Below, piece after piece: positions 47,898 to 56,944 of a stretch of DNA of 64,000 nucleotides. The position numbers and the translations under genes are program-made. Every line of letters starts with the position of its first letter. Position 1 is the stretch's first letter. Under the pieces are notes generated by a model that had not been told where the DNA came from, ran no database searches, and worked only from the letters and a program-made list of their open reading frames with translations. Where the stretch lies: positions 10,634 to 74,633 of the forward strand of contig CALWYY010000095.1 of the NCBI GenBank assembly GCA_944385885.1, in the 5' to 3' direction. Origin of the DNA: an uncultured Oscillospiraceae bacterium (GTDB taxonomy: Bacteria; Bacillota; Clostridia; Oscillospirales; Oscillospiraceae).

Positions 47898-48266
47898 TTA
47901 TGTCAGTTCAAAAGCGTTCTCCACATGGTGGAAGGTAAGCCGGGATGCATCCGCCCCCGCCGGGGCATAGATCTCCACCACATCAAACCGGGGCTGCAGG
48001 CCAGTGGGGTTCCGCTGGAGCCATTCTTGGGCCGCCGCCGCAATCCGCCGCTGCTTCGGCCGGGTAACGAACTCCCGGGCCTGGGCAAACCGGTCGTCCC
48101 GGCGGAGCTTTACCTCCACAAAGACCACAAACCGCCGGTTCCGGGCGATAAGGTCTACCTCTCCCAGCCGGGTGCGGTAGTTCATCCCCACAATGTCCCA
48201 GCCCTTCCGCCGCAGATACTCCGCGGCCTCTGCCTCGCCAAACCGGCCCAGCAACCTTGGGTCCAT
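47898..48266 (-). CDS. yraN: YraN family (UPF0102) endonuclease-like protein
   Basis: GEAEAAEYLRRKGWDIVGMNYR...GEVDLIA...VFVEVK matches the YraN core. The ATG overlaps the rnhB TGA by 1 nt. Confidence 0.85.
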   Translation of the reverse strand: MDPRLLGRFGEAEAAEYLRRKGWDIVGMNYRTRLGEVDLIARNRRFVVFVEVKLRRDDRFAQAREFVTRPKQRRIAAAAQEWLQRNPTGLQPRFDVVEIYAPAGADASRLTFHHVENAFELT

Positions 48267-48868
48267 CAATGCATCTTCCTCAGAAAGGCAGGCCGGTGGG
48301 CCGGGCACGGCCCCAGGCGGCGGATGGCCTCATAATGGGCCCGGGTCCCATACCCCTTGTGCCTGGCAAATCCATACCCCGGGTACTGCTCGTCCAGCAC
48401 CAGCATATACCGGTCCCGGGTAACCTTGGCCAGAATGGACGCCGCTGCAATGCTGGCGCACAGGCCGTCCCCCCGCACTATCTTCCGCGACGGAACGCCC
48501 AGCTGATTGCTGTCGCTTCCGTCTACCAGGGCCAGGGCCGGAACCGGGTCCAGAGCCAGGACTGCCCGATCCATGGCCAGATACGCAGCGTTCTTTATAT
48601 TATGTTCTTCGATCTCCTGCACCGAGGCAAACGCCACGGCAAAACTGATCGCCTGCTGGCAGATCACCTCAAACAGCTCTTCCCGTTTCCGTGGAGATAG
48701 CTTTTTGGAATCGTTCAGTTCCGGTATCCGCGGCTCCTCCGGGAGGATCACCGCCGCCGCGCACACGGGTCCGGCCAGGGGCCCGCGGCCGGCCTCATCC
48801 ACGCCGCAGAAAGGCGTCGCGCCCCCGGTCAGGGCGCGTTCATACTGGTACATATCCATCGCTTCCAT
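48266..48868 (-). CDS. rnhB: Ribonuclease HII
   Basis: 200 aa. GVDEAGRGPLAGPV and DSKKLS. Confidence 0.93.
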   Translation of the reverse strand: MEAMDMYQYERALTGGATPFCGVDEAGRGPLAGPVCAAAVILPEEPRIPELNDSKKLSPRKREELFEVICQQAISFAVAFASVQEIEEHNIKNAAYLAMDRAVLALDPVPALALVDGSDSNQLGVPSRKIVRGDGLCASIAAASILAKVTRDRYMLVLDEQYPGYGFARHKGYGTRAHYEAIRRLGPCPAHRPAFLRKMH

Positions 48869-48870
48869 GG

Positions 48871-49734
48871 TTACGGCCTCTCCAACGTAATCCGCCCCAG
48901 CTTCCCCGCCCGGAGCTCATCCAGCAGCACCCGGGCCATGCGTTCCGTGTTTACCTGCCCGCCGGAAACCAAAAACCCCCGCCGCCGGCCAGCTTGTTCC
49001 AGCATTGCAAACCCGTCCGGCCCGGAATCGGGTCCCAGCCCGTACCGCCCTCCCAGGGCGGCGGGATAGGTTCTTCCCAGCCGCTCCAGCAAACGTACGG
49101 CCACCAGCTCCACGTCCAGGATATCATCCCGGATGGCTCCCGTCCAGGCCAGCGCCAGTCCCACCTCCGGAGATTCAAACCGGGGCCAGAGGATCCCCGG
49201 CGTATCCAAAAGCAGAGCGCCCCCTGAGACTGCAATCCACTGTTTTCCGCGGGTTACCCCCGGCCGGTCGCTGGCTTGTGCCGCACGGCGGCCGGCCAGG
49301 CGGTTAATAAAGCTGGATTTTCCAACGTTTGGAATCCCCAGCACCATAAAGCGCAGCGCCTTGCCGGCCTGGCCTTTTGTCTCGTTGCGTCGGATGCGCT
49401 CCTCCAGCAGCTCCCGGGCCGCCCTGGGAAATGCTCCCACCCCCCGTCCGCTTCGGCAGTCCATCGGCAGGACCCGCACACCCTCCGCAGATAGGGCGCG
49501 TACCCATTGGGCCGTCACGTCCGGATCGGCCTGGTCCGCCCGGTTGAGAATAATCAGCCGTGGCTTGCCCCCCGACAGACGCGCTACATCTGGGTTTCTG
49601 CTGGATTCCGGAATTCTGGCGTCCCGCAGCTCGATGACGGCATCTACCTGCCGTAGGCTGTCCTCCATCATGCGCGTGGCCTTCTTCATATGCCCGGGAT
49701 ACCAGTTGATTGTGGGATCGGTTCGTTTTTCCAT
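48871..49734 (-). CDS. ylqF: Ribosome biogenesis GTPase YlqF/RbgA
   Basis: 287 aa. INWYPGHM and the circularly permuted G motifs (NRAD then GIPNVGKSSFIN). Confidence 0.92.
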   Translation of the reverse strand: MEKRTDPTINWYPGHMKKATRMMEDSLRQVDAVIELRDARIPESSRNPDVARLSGGKPRLIILNRADQADPDVTAQWVRALSAEGVRVLPMDCRSGRGVGAFPRAARELLEERIRRNETKGQAGKALRFMVLGIPNVGKSSFINRLAGRRAAQASDRPGVTRGKQWIAVSGGALLLDTPGILWPRFESPEVGLALAWTGAIRDDILDVELVAVRLLERLGRTYPAALGGRYGLGPDSGPDGFAMLEQAGRRRGFLVSGGQVNTERMARVLLDELRAGKLGRITLERP

Positions 49735-49737
49735 CGC

Positions 49738-50331
49738 TCAGTGCAGGAAGCCGATGCGGCTCCAGTCGCGCTTGCCTGTCTCCTCGTCCGCACCGGGATA
49801 GATCAGAAACAGGGCTTTCCCCATCACCAGCCGTTCGTCCACAAACCCGATCCGGTCGTCCCGGCTGTCGGTGGAGCCGTTGCGGTTATCACCCATGACA
49901 AACAGGCAACCCTCCGGGACTACCACCGGGTTGGCAAAGTCGATCCGCCGGTGGGTTGGTTCCAAAATATAGTCCTCCTCCAGGGCTTGTCCGTCCACGT
50001 ATACAATCCCCTGATCAAAGTCTATATCCACGCTCTGTCCCCCTGTAGCGATGATCCGCTTGACAATGGGTTCGTCGCTGAAGGACTCCTTCCAGAGCAC
50101 CACAATATCCCCCTGCTTGGGATCGTAAAACAGGTCCGATACCAAAAGCCGGTCCCCTTGCTGCAGGGTATCAATCATGGATGTACCTACCACCCCCACC
50201 ACTCGAACGATAAAGGTGAAAAGCAGCACGCACACCAGCAGCGCCGTGACCACGGACTGTATCCAGTCGAATACTTCGCCCCGGCGCTCCCGAAGCTTGC
50301 GTTTTTTAATTTCAGGCCAGGTTTCACTCAT
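49738..50331 (-). CDS. lepB: Signal peptidase I
   Basis: S26 motifs GTSMIDTL, KRIIA, GDNRNGSTDSR. Start at MSETW preferred, because the candidate promoter lies only a few nt upstream of the GTG at 50370. Confidence 0.9.
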   Translation of the reverse strand: MSETWPEIKKRKLRERRGEVFDWIQSVVTALLVCVLLFTFIVRVVGVVGTSMIDTLQQGDRLLVSDLFYDPKQGDIVVLWKESFSDEPIVKRIIATGGQSVDIDFDQGIVYVDGQALEEDYILEPTHRRIDFANPVVVPEGCLFVMGDNRNGSTDSRDDRIGFVDERLVMGKALFLIYPGADEETGKRDWSRIGFLH

Positions 50332-50383
50332 ATCGGCACTTCCACATTCCATATAGTTATGGATTTTCACACTATGACAGTGT

Positions 50384-50412
50384 ATTATACATCAAAAAAC
50401 CATCCTGCGCAA
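50384..50412 (-). promoter_or_regulatory. Candidate sigma-A promoter for lepB
   Basis: Minus strand reads TTGCGC, 17-nt spacer, TATAAT. Confidence 0.45.
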
Positions 50413-50650
50413 CAAAAATCCATCTTCCCATCGTTTCCGGCAGAAGTTTCTGAAAACAGCCTGGCTTTAAACGGTCAGGGCAGCCCTGTCCGGCCATAGC
50501 CGGATCTCCCTCCCAGAGGGGGGAAACCCGGCCGGCTCGCGAGAGGCTCGAAAGAACCCGCCTCTGCTGCATGGCTTTGTTTACAGAGGCAGAAAAGGGC
50601 CGTCCTCTAAGGCAAATGGCTGTGCCTGCGCCGGCGGAGTGGAGCAAAGT

Positions 50651-50676
50651 AAAATAAAAAAGAGCCTTTCGGCTCT
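50651..50676 (-). terminator. Rho-independent terminator after rplS
   Basis: agagcc-tttc-ggctct hairpin 3 nt after the rplS TAA, followed on the minus strand by TTTTTATTTT. Confidence 0.8.
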
Positions 50677-50679
50677 TTT

Positions 50680-51024
50680 TTACTTCACGAGGCCTTTGAC
50701 CTTTGCCCTCTTGCCCACGCGGTCGCGCAGGTAGTAGAGCTTGGCACGGCGTACCCGACCGCTGCGCACCGTCTCCACGGATACGATGCTGGGAGAGTGG
50801 ACAGGAAACACCTTCTCACAGCCCACGCCGTAGGAAACCCGGCGGACCGTAATGCTCTCGTTAATGCCCCCGTGCTTCCGGGCAATGATAGTGCCCTCAA
50901 AAGCCTGGGTGCGCTCCCGGCTGCCTTCCTTGACCCGCAAGGTTACACGCACGGTATCCCCCACGTTCATGGCGGGAAGCTCCGGCTTCATGTACTTTGC
51001 GGTAAGGTTCTGAATGAGATCCAT
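50680..51024 (-). CDS. rplS: 50S ribosomal protein L19
   Basis: 114 aa from MDLIQNLTAKYMK. GDTVRV, GVGCEKVFPVHSP. The ORF-track N-terminal extension is not conserved. Confidence 0.95.
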   Translation of the reverse strand: MDLIQNLTAKYMKPELPAMNVGDTVRVTLRVKEGSRERTQAFEGTIIARKHGGINESITVRRVSYGVGCEKVFPVHSPSIVSVETVRSGRVRRAKLYYLRDRVGKRAKVKGLVK

Positions 51025-51109
51025 AGTGACCCTTCCTTTTCCTGAGACGTTCTTACCGTTGTCTGGCGGCAGCGGACCGTCTTGATAGCCTGTACACACA
51101 GGCCTGAAA

Positions 51110-51138
51110 ATAATACCACACTGTTTTGAAAAGTGCAA
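51110..51138 (-). promoter_or_regulatory. Candidate sigma-A promoter for rplS
   Basis: Minus strand reads TTGCAC, 17-nt spacer, TATTAT, with TGg upstream. It leaves an approximately 80-nt leader. Confidence 0.5.
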
Positions 51139-51155
51139 GGGTATATTTCAAATTT

Positions 51156-51815
51156 TCAGCGAAAAACCGACATATCCTCCCGATACAGCTCTTGCCGGCA
51201 AAACCGCGTTCCCTCTGGGCGCAGCTCCGGCCAGTTTTGCGCCACTGCGTCTGCGATCCATTCGGGATTAATCACGGGCTCGGCAGCGGATATCACCGCT
51301 TCCACCGCTACGGAATCCGTTCTTGGGGAAAATGTCAGGTCCCGGAGGTGGTCTGAAAGAACCAGCGTCCCTTCCCCTCTCTTCGTGCGGCGCGTCACCT
51401 GTACCGGCGTATCCCGGAACCGCCCGGCCAGTGCTTCCGCCGCGGCGGCCATATCGCCCCCGCCGTACTCCCACGTTCCCTTCACCCGCAGCCACTTCAG
51501 TTCTCCCGGCTTGGCTCCGTTTTCATAGCAGCGCTGCACCCGGAGGCCCTCAGGCAGCACGGCGTTAAGCGTCCCTGGAAGGGCGGCCAGATCCACATCC
51601 CCCCGCAGGCGTACATCCGCCAGCTGGCAGAGGCTCTCCGTCCCCACTGACAGCGGCAGAAGGACGGAGATCAGGGCATGGGGGTTAAAGCCCTCGCTGT
51701 ACCGCACCGGCACCGACGCCCGGTGCAGGGCCCGCTGGAGGGTACGCATGGTATCCAGGTGGGAGCTCCACGCGCTCCGCCCGGTACATTCATACAGAAG
51801 CCGGATCCTATCCAT
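51156..51815 (-). CDS. Radical SAM-associated protein (TIGR03936 / DUF2344 type)
   Basis: 219 aa. HLDTMRTLQRALHRA...YSEGFNPH is the characteristic N-terminal block. Overlaps the upstream radical SAM gene by 8 nt. Confidence 0.8.
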   Translation of the reverse strand: MDRIRLLYECTGRSAWSSHLDTMRTLQRALHRASVPVRYSEGFNPHALISVLLPLSVGTESLCQLADVRLRGDVDLAALPGTLNAVLPEGLRVQRCYENGAKPGELKWLRVKGTWEYGGGDMAAAAEALAGRFRDTPVQVTRRTKRGEGTLVLSDHLRDLTFSPRTDSVAVEAVISAAEPVINPEWIADAVAQNWPELRPEGTRFCRQELYREDMSVFR

Positions 51816-53643
51816 CGCAGCGCCCTCCCCTCAGCAGAGCGGCGGCGCCGCAGCCGGTGCAGGCTGCACGGCAGTCCGGACTCAAAACCCCTTGCCGGGA
51901 CTGCTCCCGCTCCCGAATCAGATGTTCCCGCCGGACGCCCATGTCGATCCTGTCCCAGGGCAGAACCTCGTCCAGTGCCCGGGCCCGGTTAGCGTAAAAC
52001 TCCAAATCCACGCCGGTCCGGGCGGCGGCCTGCTCCCAGCGGGCCATGGAAAAGCCCTCCGACCAGGACTCCAGGTACCCTCCCTGTTCCCAGATGTCCC
52101 GCAGCAGAGGCCCGATCCGCCTGTCCCCCCGAGAGAGGACCGCCTCGGTAAAGGACGTCTCCGGGTCATGCCAGTTGTAGGTGACGGCCCGGGCTTTCAT
52201 ATTTTCCCGCAGCAAAGTAACCCGGCGCAGGTATTCCTCCCGGGTCACCTGCCCCTCCCACTGGAAGGGGGTGTGTGGTTTTGGCACAAAGCAGGAGGTG
52301 CTGACCGTTACCCGCAGGCCCCTGGCCCGGTTGGGCGCATTTTCCCGCCAGCAGTGCACCACCCGGTCCGCCAGCTCGGCTATGCCCAGCACATCCTCAT
52401 CGGTTTCCGTGGGCAGGCCCAGCATAAAATACAGCTTCACCCCGTTCCAGCCGCCCCGGAATGCCACCGCGCAGGAGCGGAGCAGGTCCTCTTCGGTAAC
52501 GTTCTTGTTGATCACATCCCGCAGCCGCTGGGTACCCGCCTCCGGCGCAAAGGTCAAGCCGGACCGGCGTACTTTCTGGACGCGCTGCATGATATCCATG
52601 GAAAAATTATCCGCCCGAAGGCTCGGCAGGGACAGGCCGATGCCCCGTGGCTCGCAATATTCCAGAAGGCCGTCGCACAAGGCCGGCAGGGATTGGTAAT
52701 CGCTGCTGCTCAGGGACAGAAGCGTGATCTCCTGGTACCCGGAAAATTCCAACGCCTGGCGGCCCTGTTCCAGGAGTTTCTCTACGCTCCGGTTCCGTAC
52801 CGGCCGGTAGATGTATCCCGCCTGGCAGAACCGGCAGCCCCGGATGCAGCCCCGAAACAATTCCAGCCCTACCCGGTCATGTACGATCTCCGTGGAGGGT
52901 ACGATGGCCCGCACAGGAAAACAGCTGTTTTCAAAATCCTCTACAATCCGTTTGGTGACCCGCTCCGGCGCTCCCGGCAAAGGTCGTACGGCTAAAAGCG
53001 TTCCATCCTCCTTCCATTCCGGCTTGTACAGGGAGGGGACATACACGCCCGGGATCTGTGCTGCCTGATGCAGAAACCGCTCCTTTGTCCACCCCTGGTC
53101 CCTCGCCCGGCGAAGCAGTTCCAGTACCTCCCCGTCCAGGCTCTCCCCTTCTCCGATCACAAACAGGTCAAAATAGTCCGCCATGGGTTCCGGGTTGCAG
53201 CAGGCGCTGCCGCCGGCAAACACCAGAGGGATCAAGCTCTCCCTGTCCCGGCTCAAAAGCGGGATCCCCGCCAGATCCAGCATCTCCAGCACCGTCGTAT
53301 AGGCCATCTCGTAGCCAATGGAAAAGCCCAAAGCATCGAATTCCCCCAGTGGGTCCCCGCTTTCCAGCGCCCACAGGGGCAGCTTCTCCTCCCGCATCTT
53401 CCGGTCCATGTCGAACCAGGGGGCAAAAACTCTTTCGCACCACACGCCGGGGATGTCGTTTAGCGTCTGGTAGAGAATCCGCATACCTGTGTTAGACATG
53501 CCAATCTCATACACGTCCGGAAAACATAGCGCCATGCGCAGCGCTACATCGTTTTTGTCTTTGATGATCTGCCCGTACTCGCCGCCCACATAACGGGCCG
53601 GCTTTTGAACCTTTGGCAAAATCCGCTCCAGTTTCCTGTCCAT
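51808..53643 (-). CDS. B12-binding-domain radical SAM protein (TIGR03960 type)
   Basis: 611 aa. CX3CX2C (CIRGCRFC) after an N-terminal B12-binding-like domain. Conserved partner of the downstream DUF2344 gene. Confidence 0.85.
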   Translation of the reverse strand: MDRKLERILPKVQKPARYVGGEYGQIIKDKNDVALRMALCFPDVYEIGMSNTGMRILYQTLNDIPGVWCERVFAPWFDMDRKMREEKLPLWALESGDPLGEFDALGFSIGYEMAYTTVLEMLDLAGIPLLSRDRESLIPLVFAGGSACCNPEPMADYFDLFVIGEGESLDGEVLELLRRARDQGWTKERFLHQAAQIPGVYVPSLYKPEWKEDGTLLAVRPLPGAPERVTKRIVEDFENSCFPVRAIVPSTEIVHDRVGLELFRGCIRGCRFCQAGYIYRPVRNRSVEKLLEQGRQALEFSGYQEITLLSLSSSDYQSLPALCDGLLEYCEPRGIGLSLPSLRADNFSMDIMQRVQKVRRSGLTFAPEAGTQRLRDVINKNVTEEDLLRSCAVAFRGGWNGVKLYFMLGLPTETDEDVLGIAELADRVVHCWRENAPNRARGLRVTVSTSCFVPKPHTPFQWEGQVTREEYLRRVTLLRENMKARAVTYNWHDPETSFTEAVLSRGDRRIGPLLRDIWEQGGYLESWSEGFSMARWEQAAARTGVDLEFYANRARALDEVLPWDRIDMGVRREHLIREREQSRQGVLSPDCRAACTGCGAAALLRGGRCDG

Positions 53644-53729
53644 AAACCGCTCCTTAAAAAAGTACCGTTATTTTACAACAGAAACGTGCTGTTGACAAGG
53701 ATTTGACGCAGCGGCTTTCGGAAAAACAC

Positions 53730-53758
53730 TTGACAATCTGAGGAATTCACAATATAAT
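53730..53758 (+). promoter_or_regulatory. Consensus sigma-A promoter for tRNA-Pro
   Basis: TTGACA (53730-35), exact 17-nt spacer, TATAAT (53753-58). The tRNA starts 17 nt downstream. Confidence 0.7.
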
Positions 53759-53774
53759 TCTAATTCGCTGGCAG

Positions 53775-53850
53775 CGGGGTGTAGCGCAGATGGTAGCGTG
53801 CTTGGTTCGGGACCAAGAGGCCGCGGGTTCAAATCCCGCCACTCCGACCA
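53775..53850 (+). tRNA. tRNA-Pro (anticodon CGG), CCA encoded
   Basis: Hand-folded cloverleaf. Acceptor CGGGGTG/CACTCCG (one G-T). D stem GCGC/GCGT. Anticodon stem CTTGG/CCAAG with loop TTCGGGA. T arm GCGGG-TTCAAAT-CCCGC. 3' ACCA. Confidence 0.93.
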
Positions 53851-53851
53851 T

Positions 53852-53910
53852 GCGGAGTATCATTAAAGGATCTGAAAGGGTCTGCTGATGATACTCCGCA
53901 TTTTTTATTT
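53852..53910 (+). terminator. Rho-independent terminator after tRNA-Pro
   Basis: 12-bp perfect stem gcggagtatcat / atgatactccgc (24-nt loop), followed by ATTTTTTATTTT. Confidence 0.7.
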
Positions 53911-54042
53911 TCCAGTTTATATGACGATCTATGCAGGGTAAAAACCTCTCCAATTGATAGCAGCCCAGGCCCCTGCCCCGCAGCTCTTATACTTGTTTTG
54001 CTTTGCAATATAGGCGGAGAATCCATTCTGTCTGGCCCGCGG

Positions 54043-55266
54043 TCACGTCACCTGATGCCGGCAATACTTTCTGCGTGCAATTTGAAGTTCGAGTGCGCCC
54101 AAGATGATGGCAACAAGCAGAATCATGTAAGGGAGGGTAATTACCAGTTTCCCAATGGAATACACATCGTAGGAGGAAAAGACAGAATATGTCATTACCG
54201 CTTTCGCAGGAAGCAGGGCAACAAAATGATTTATGACCGCGTTTTGGCTGGCGGGGAAAAACATCGGCGCCACCGTGCACAGCGTACTGATGATTACGGT
54301 CGTAAAGGGTGTTTTGCAGATGGAAGAAAGCAGCATGGTGAATGCCATGACAGAAAGTATCACAATATAGTTAATGCCAATGCCGTATAAAACAACCTGC
54401 CATATTTGAAGATCATAAAAGGAATAAAGAGATAAAATCTGAAAATCGCAATTCCACCCCCGCACGCCAAAGGTTGCCGCGATAACACCAACGCCGACAA
54501 AAACCGTAATCAGATAGACAATACTTGTCACAATCCAGCCTGCAACGATCTTTGCGCAGGCGGTAGCACCCCTCCCCTGTTTTGCTGGCAGCAGTATGGC
54601 ATCTGTACCGATTTGATACTCATAGGAAAAAATCGGTGAAATCATGATGCAGGTTGCCAATGCAAGCAGCATAAACAGGAGCGAAAAGGCTCTGATGAGA
54701 AGCGTTTCCCAGCCCTTGGTATGGTCAAACTCAAAAGGAATTGAAATTTGAGAGTCCCTGTCCAATATGTTTTCTTTTTCTGCCGCCGTGTAGCTGCCGG
54801 ACTCTAAAGCTGCCCGCACGTTGTTATGTCGGGCTTCATAGAAATCTCCCGCTTGCTCATAGGGGAAGGTCGCAAGGTCGGTCAGGTAATCGGTGTAGGG
54901 CGTGTATACGCCTCGAATAAGATCCAGAATCTTCCAGTACGGCTGTACGTTTTTTATATAGCTCTGCTGATAGTCGGTATTGCTGTCATAGTTTTGGTTT
55001 ACATAATTTTCTTGGTAATCCTGCAATATTTTTTGCAGCCGCTGGGAATCAAGAGGACCGGCCAAGGCGTGTTCATGGTTCCGCTTCTCTGAAATCGCAT
55101 CCAGGCCTTCCAATAGCGCACCGTCTTCTCCGTAGTAGGCTTGATCGGAAACAAAGACAAAGCTGATTGCTATGATGCACAGCAGCATCAGGGAAAAAAT
55201 AATCCACGTAGCCTTTCGCTTCCATATTTTTTTCGTTTCATAATACACAAGTGTTTTCATCGTCAC
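54043..55266 (-). CDS. ABC-2 type transporter permease
   Basis: 407 aa. One N-terminal TM, an extracytoplasmic domain of about 150 aa, then 5 TM helices. Overlaps the ATPase gene stop by 4 nt. Confidence 0.7.
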   Translation of the reverse strand: MTMKTLVYYETKKIWKRKATWIIFSLMLLCIIAISFVFVSDQAYYGEDGALLEGLDAISEKRNHEHALAGPLDSQRLQKILQDYQENYVNQNYDSNTDYQQSYIKNVQPYWKILDLIRGVYTPYTDYLTDLATFPYEQAGDFYEARHNNVRAALESGSYTAAEKENILDRDSQISIPFEFDHTKGWETLLIRAFSLLFMLLALATCIMISPIFSYEYQIGTDAILLPAKQGRGATACAKIVAGWIVTSIVYLITVFVGVGVIAATFGVRGWNCDFQILSLYSFYDLQIWQVVLYGIGINYIVILSVMAFTMLLSSICKTPFTTVIISTLCTVAPMFFPASQNAVINHFVALLPAKAVMTYSVFSSYDVYSIGKLVITLPYMILLVAIILGALELQIARRKYCRHQVT

Positions 55267-56180
55267 ATTCTCCTGGCGGAATGAGAAGAAACCCCGCCGA
55301 GTTCCTCCGCAAAATAAAATAGGTACAAATCCTCAAGGTTGGTTGGCACACTCACTGCCTCCGGCGCAGGCTTTTGGCTAGATACGATGCGAAGCTCCGC
55401 ACCGCTTCCGGTATGCCGCAGATTGCAAATGCAGGCATTCTTTTCATAAAAACTGACTTCCTGTTCCGGCACGGTAAGCGTCCAGGTCACACCCGAAGCA
55501 CGTTCAACCAGTTCCGCCGGATGTCCAGAAAGTATGAGCCTGCCTTTTTTCATCATCAGAATTTGATCCGCAATATATTCTACGTCGCTGACAATATGTG
55601 TGGATAGAATCACAATCTTGTCCTGCGATAGATCGGAAATCAGGTTTCGAAACCGGATCCGTTCTTTTGGGTCCAGCCCGGCAGTCGGCTCGTCCAGAAC
55701 AAGAACTTTTGGGTTATTCAAGACCGCTTGTGCAATACCTAGCCGCTGCTTCATCCCGCCGGAGAAAGCCCGTATTTTTTGCCCGGATACTTCCGATAAA
55801 CCGACGATCTCCAAAAGCGCACGGGCTCTTTCCAAAGCGGCGCGTCCGTAAATCCCTTTCAAAGACGCCATATACAGCATAAAGTCCTGGGCGGAAAAGT
55901 CCGGATAATAGCCGAAATTTTGCGGTAAATACCCAAGAATATCGCAATATTTTGTCCCCATGCTTTGAATATTGTTTCCGTTATATAGGATTTCTCCGCT
56001 TGTGGGCTGCAGGATCGTGCAGATCATACGCATCAGCGTTGTTTTGCCAGCGCCGTTTGCTCCAAGCAGGCCATAAACCCCGTTTGACATGGTATAGCTG
56101 AAGCGGTCTACCGCTATTGTGCTGTGGAATTTTTTTGTCAGCCTATCAAATGTGAGTTCCAAAATGATACCTCCACGCAT
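55263..56180 (-). CDS. ABC transporter ATP-binding protein
   Basis: Walker A GANGAGKTT, signature FSGGMKQRL, Walker B LVLDEPT. Start at the internal Met, overlapping the upstream stop by 1 nt. Confidence 0.92.
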   Translation of the reverse strand: MRGGIILELTFDRLTKKFHSTIAVDRFSYTMSNGVYGLLGANGAGKTTLMRMICTILQPTSGEILYNGNNIQSMGTKYCDILGYLPQNFGYYPDFSAQDFMLYMASLKGIYGRAALERARALLEIVGLSEVSGQKIRAFSGGMKQRLGIAQAVLNNPKVLVLDEPTAGLDPKERIRFRNLISDLSQDKIVILSTHIVSDVEYIADQILMMKKGRLILSGHPAELVERASGVTWTLTVPEQEVSFYEKNACICNLRHTGSGAELRIVSSQKPAPEAVSVPTNLEDLYLFYFAEELGGVSSHSARRM

Positions 56181-56944
56181 TATTGCAATCTTATATACTC
56201 CCACTGTTTGGAACAATCGCGGAACATTTTATACAATTCTGCTGCAAGGACTACAATACTGACCGCCAGTACAAACACCCAGACAGCCGTTGCTGTGCCA
56301 AAGTACCATTCCGGCCACATATTGATAGAGAGCGCACCGAGGGCAGACAGGCTAACACAGTATGCTGATATATAGTATTGGGCGTTTGCGCCCCCGAGGC
56401 GATTCATAAGGAACAGGGATCCCGCCGCGGCCAGCAGGCTCGGCACAAGCCCATATAGAATCAAGGCTCCCAGTGAATAATAGGTCTTCATGGCGGTCAG
56501 GCACAGCATGCATGTCAAAGAAAACAAATCAACCAGTGTTATCAGGATCAGCCTTGCCAAAAGGATTTGCGGCAGTGAAAAGTGCGCGGGTAATTCCAGT
56601 TCTGCCATTCCGTAGCGGGAAGAACGGGAGAGCTCTCCGGTTCCCAGCAGGACTGCAAGAGGAGCAATTGGAACGAACAGAAGGAACCGATCATTGTCTT
56701 GCAAAACCGCAATGGTATAAAGAGCATAGAGGCAAAGCAGCAAAAGCTGGAGAGCAAGCAATTTTCGGTTCAGAAAGCGGGCCTGTGTTCTGATAAACTG
56801 ATACAGCGAAAAATTCTTTGGCGGCGTAAGGGCGTTCCTTCCTGCCCGCTTCGTCAGCTGGACCGCCAGATCAGCATTTGGCATAGGGGGTATTGACTGA
56901 TAGAATGCTTTCAATTCCTGTTTCAAGTTTCGCTTCATTTCCAC
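56180..56944 (-). CDS. Polytopic membrane protein in anti-sigma position
   Basis: 254 aa. A cytoplasmic N-terminus of about 70 aa followed by about 6 TM helices. Overlaps the sigma gene stop by 10 nt. No recognisable zinc anti-sigma motif. Confidence 0.5.
   Translation of the reverse strand: MEMKRNLKQELKAFYQSIPPMPNADLAVQLTKRAGRNALTPPKNFSLYQFIRTQARFLNRKLLALQLLLLCLYALYTIAVLQDNDRFLLFVPIAPLAVLLGTGELSRSSRYGMAELELPAHFSLPQILLARLILITLVDLFSLTCMLCLTAMKTYYSLGALILYGLVPSLLAAAGSLFLMNRLGGANAQYYISAYCVSLSALGALSINMWPEWYFGTATAVWVFVLAVSIVVLAAELYKMFRDCSKQWEYIRLQ

Noticed and set aside
50372-50647. 91-aa minus-strand ORF between rplS and lepB
   Set aside because: It has no RBS and an Arg/Gly/Ser/Ala-rich composition typical of non-coding GC-rich sequence, and it starts inside the rplS terminator region. 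The region is reported instead as a candidate non-coding element.
51025-51109. L19 ribosomal-protein leader upstream of rplS
   Set aside because: A leader of about 80 nt with an imperfect hairpin (AGGCCUGU...ACAGGCU) exists. I cannot verify similarity to the described L19 leader from memory, so only the promoter is reported.
51748-52995. 415-aa plus-strand ORF
   Set aside because: Antisense to the radical SAM gene, whose CX3CX2C motif and length fit a known family.
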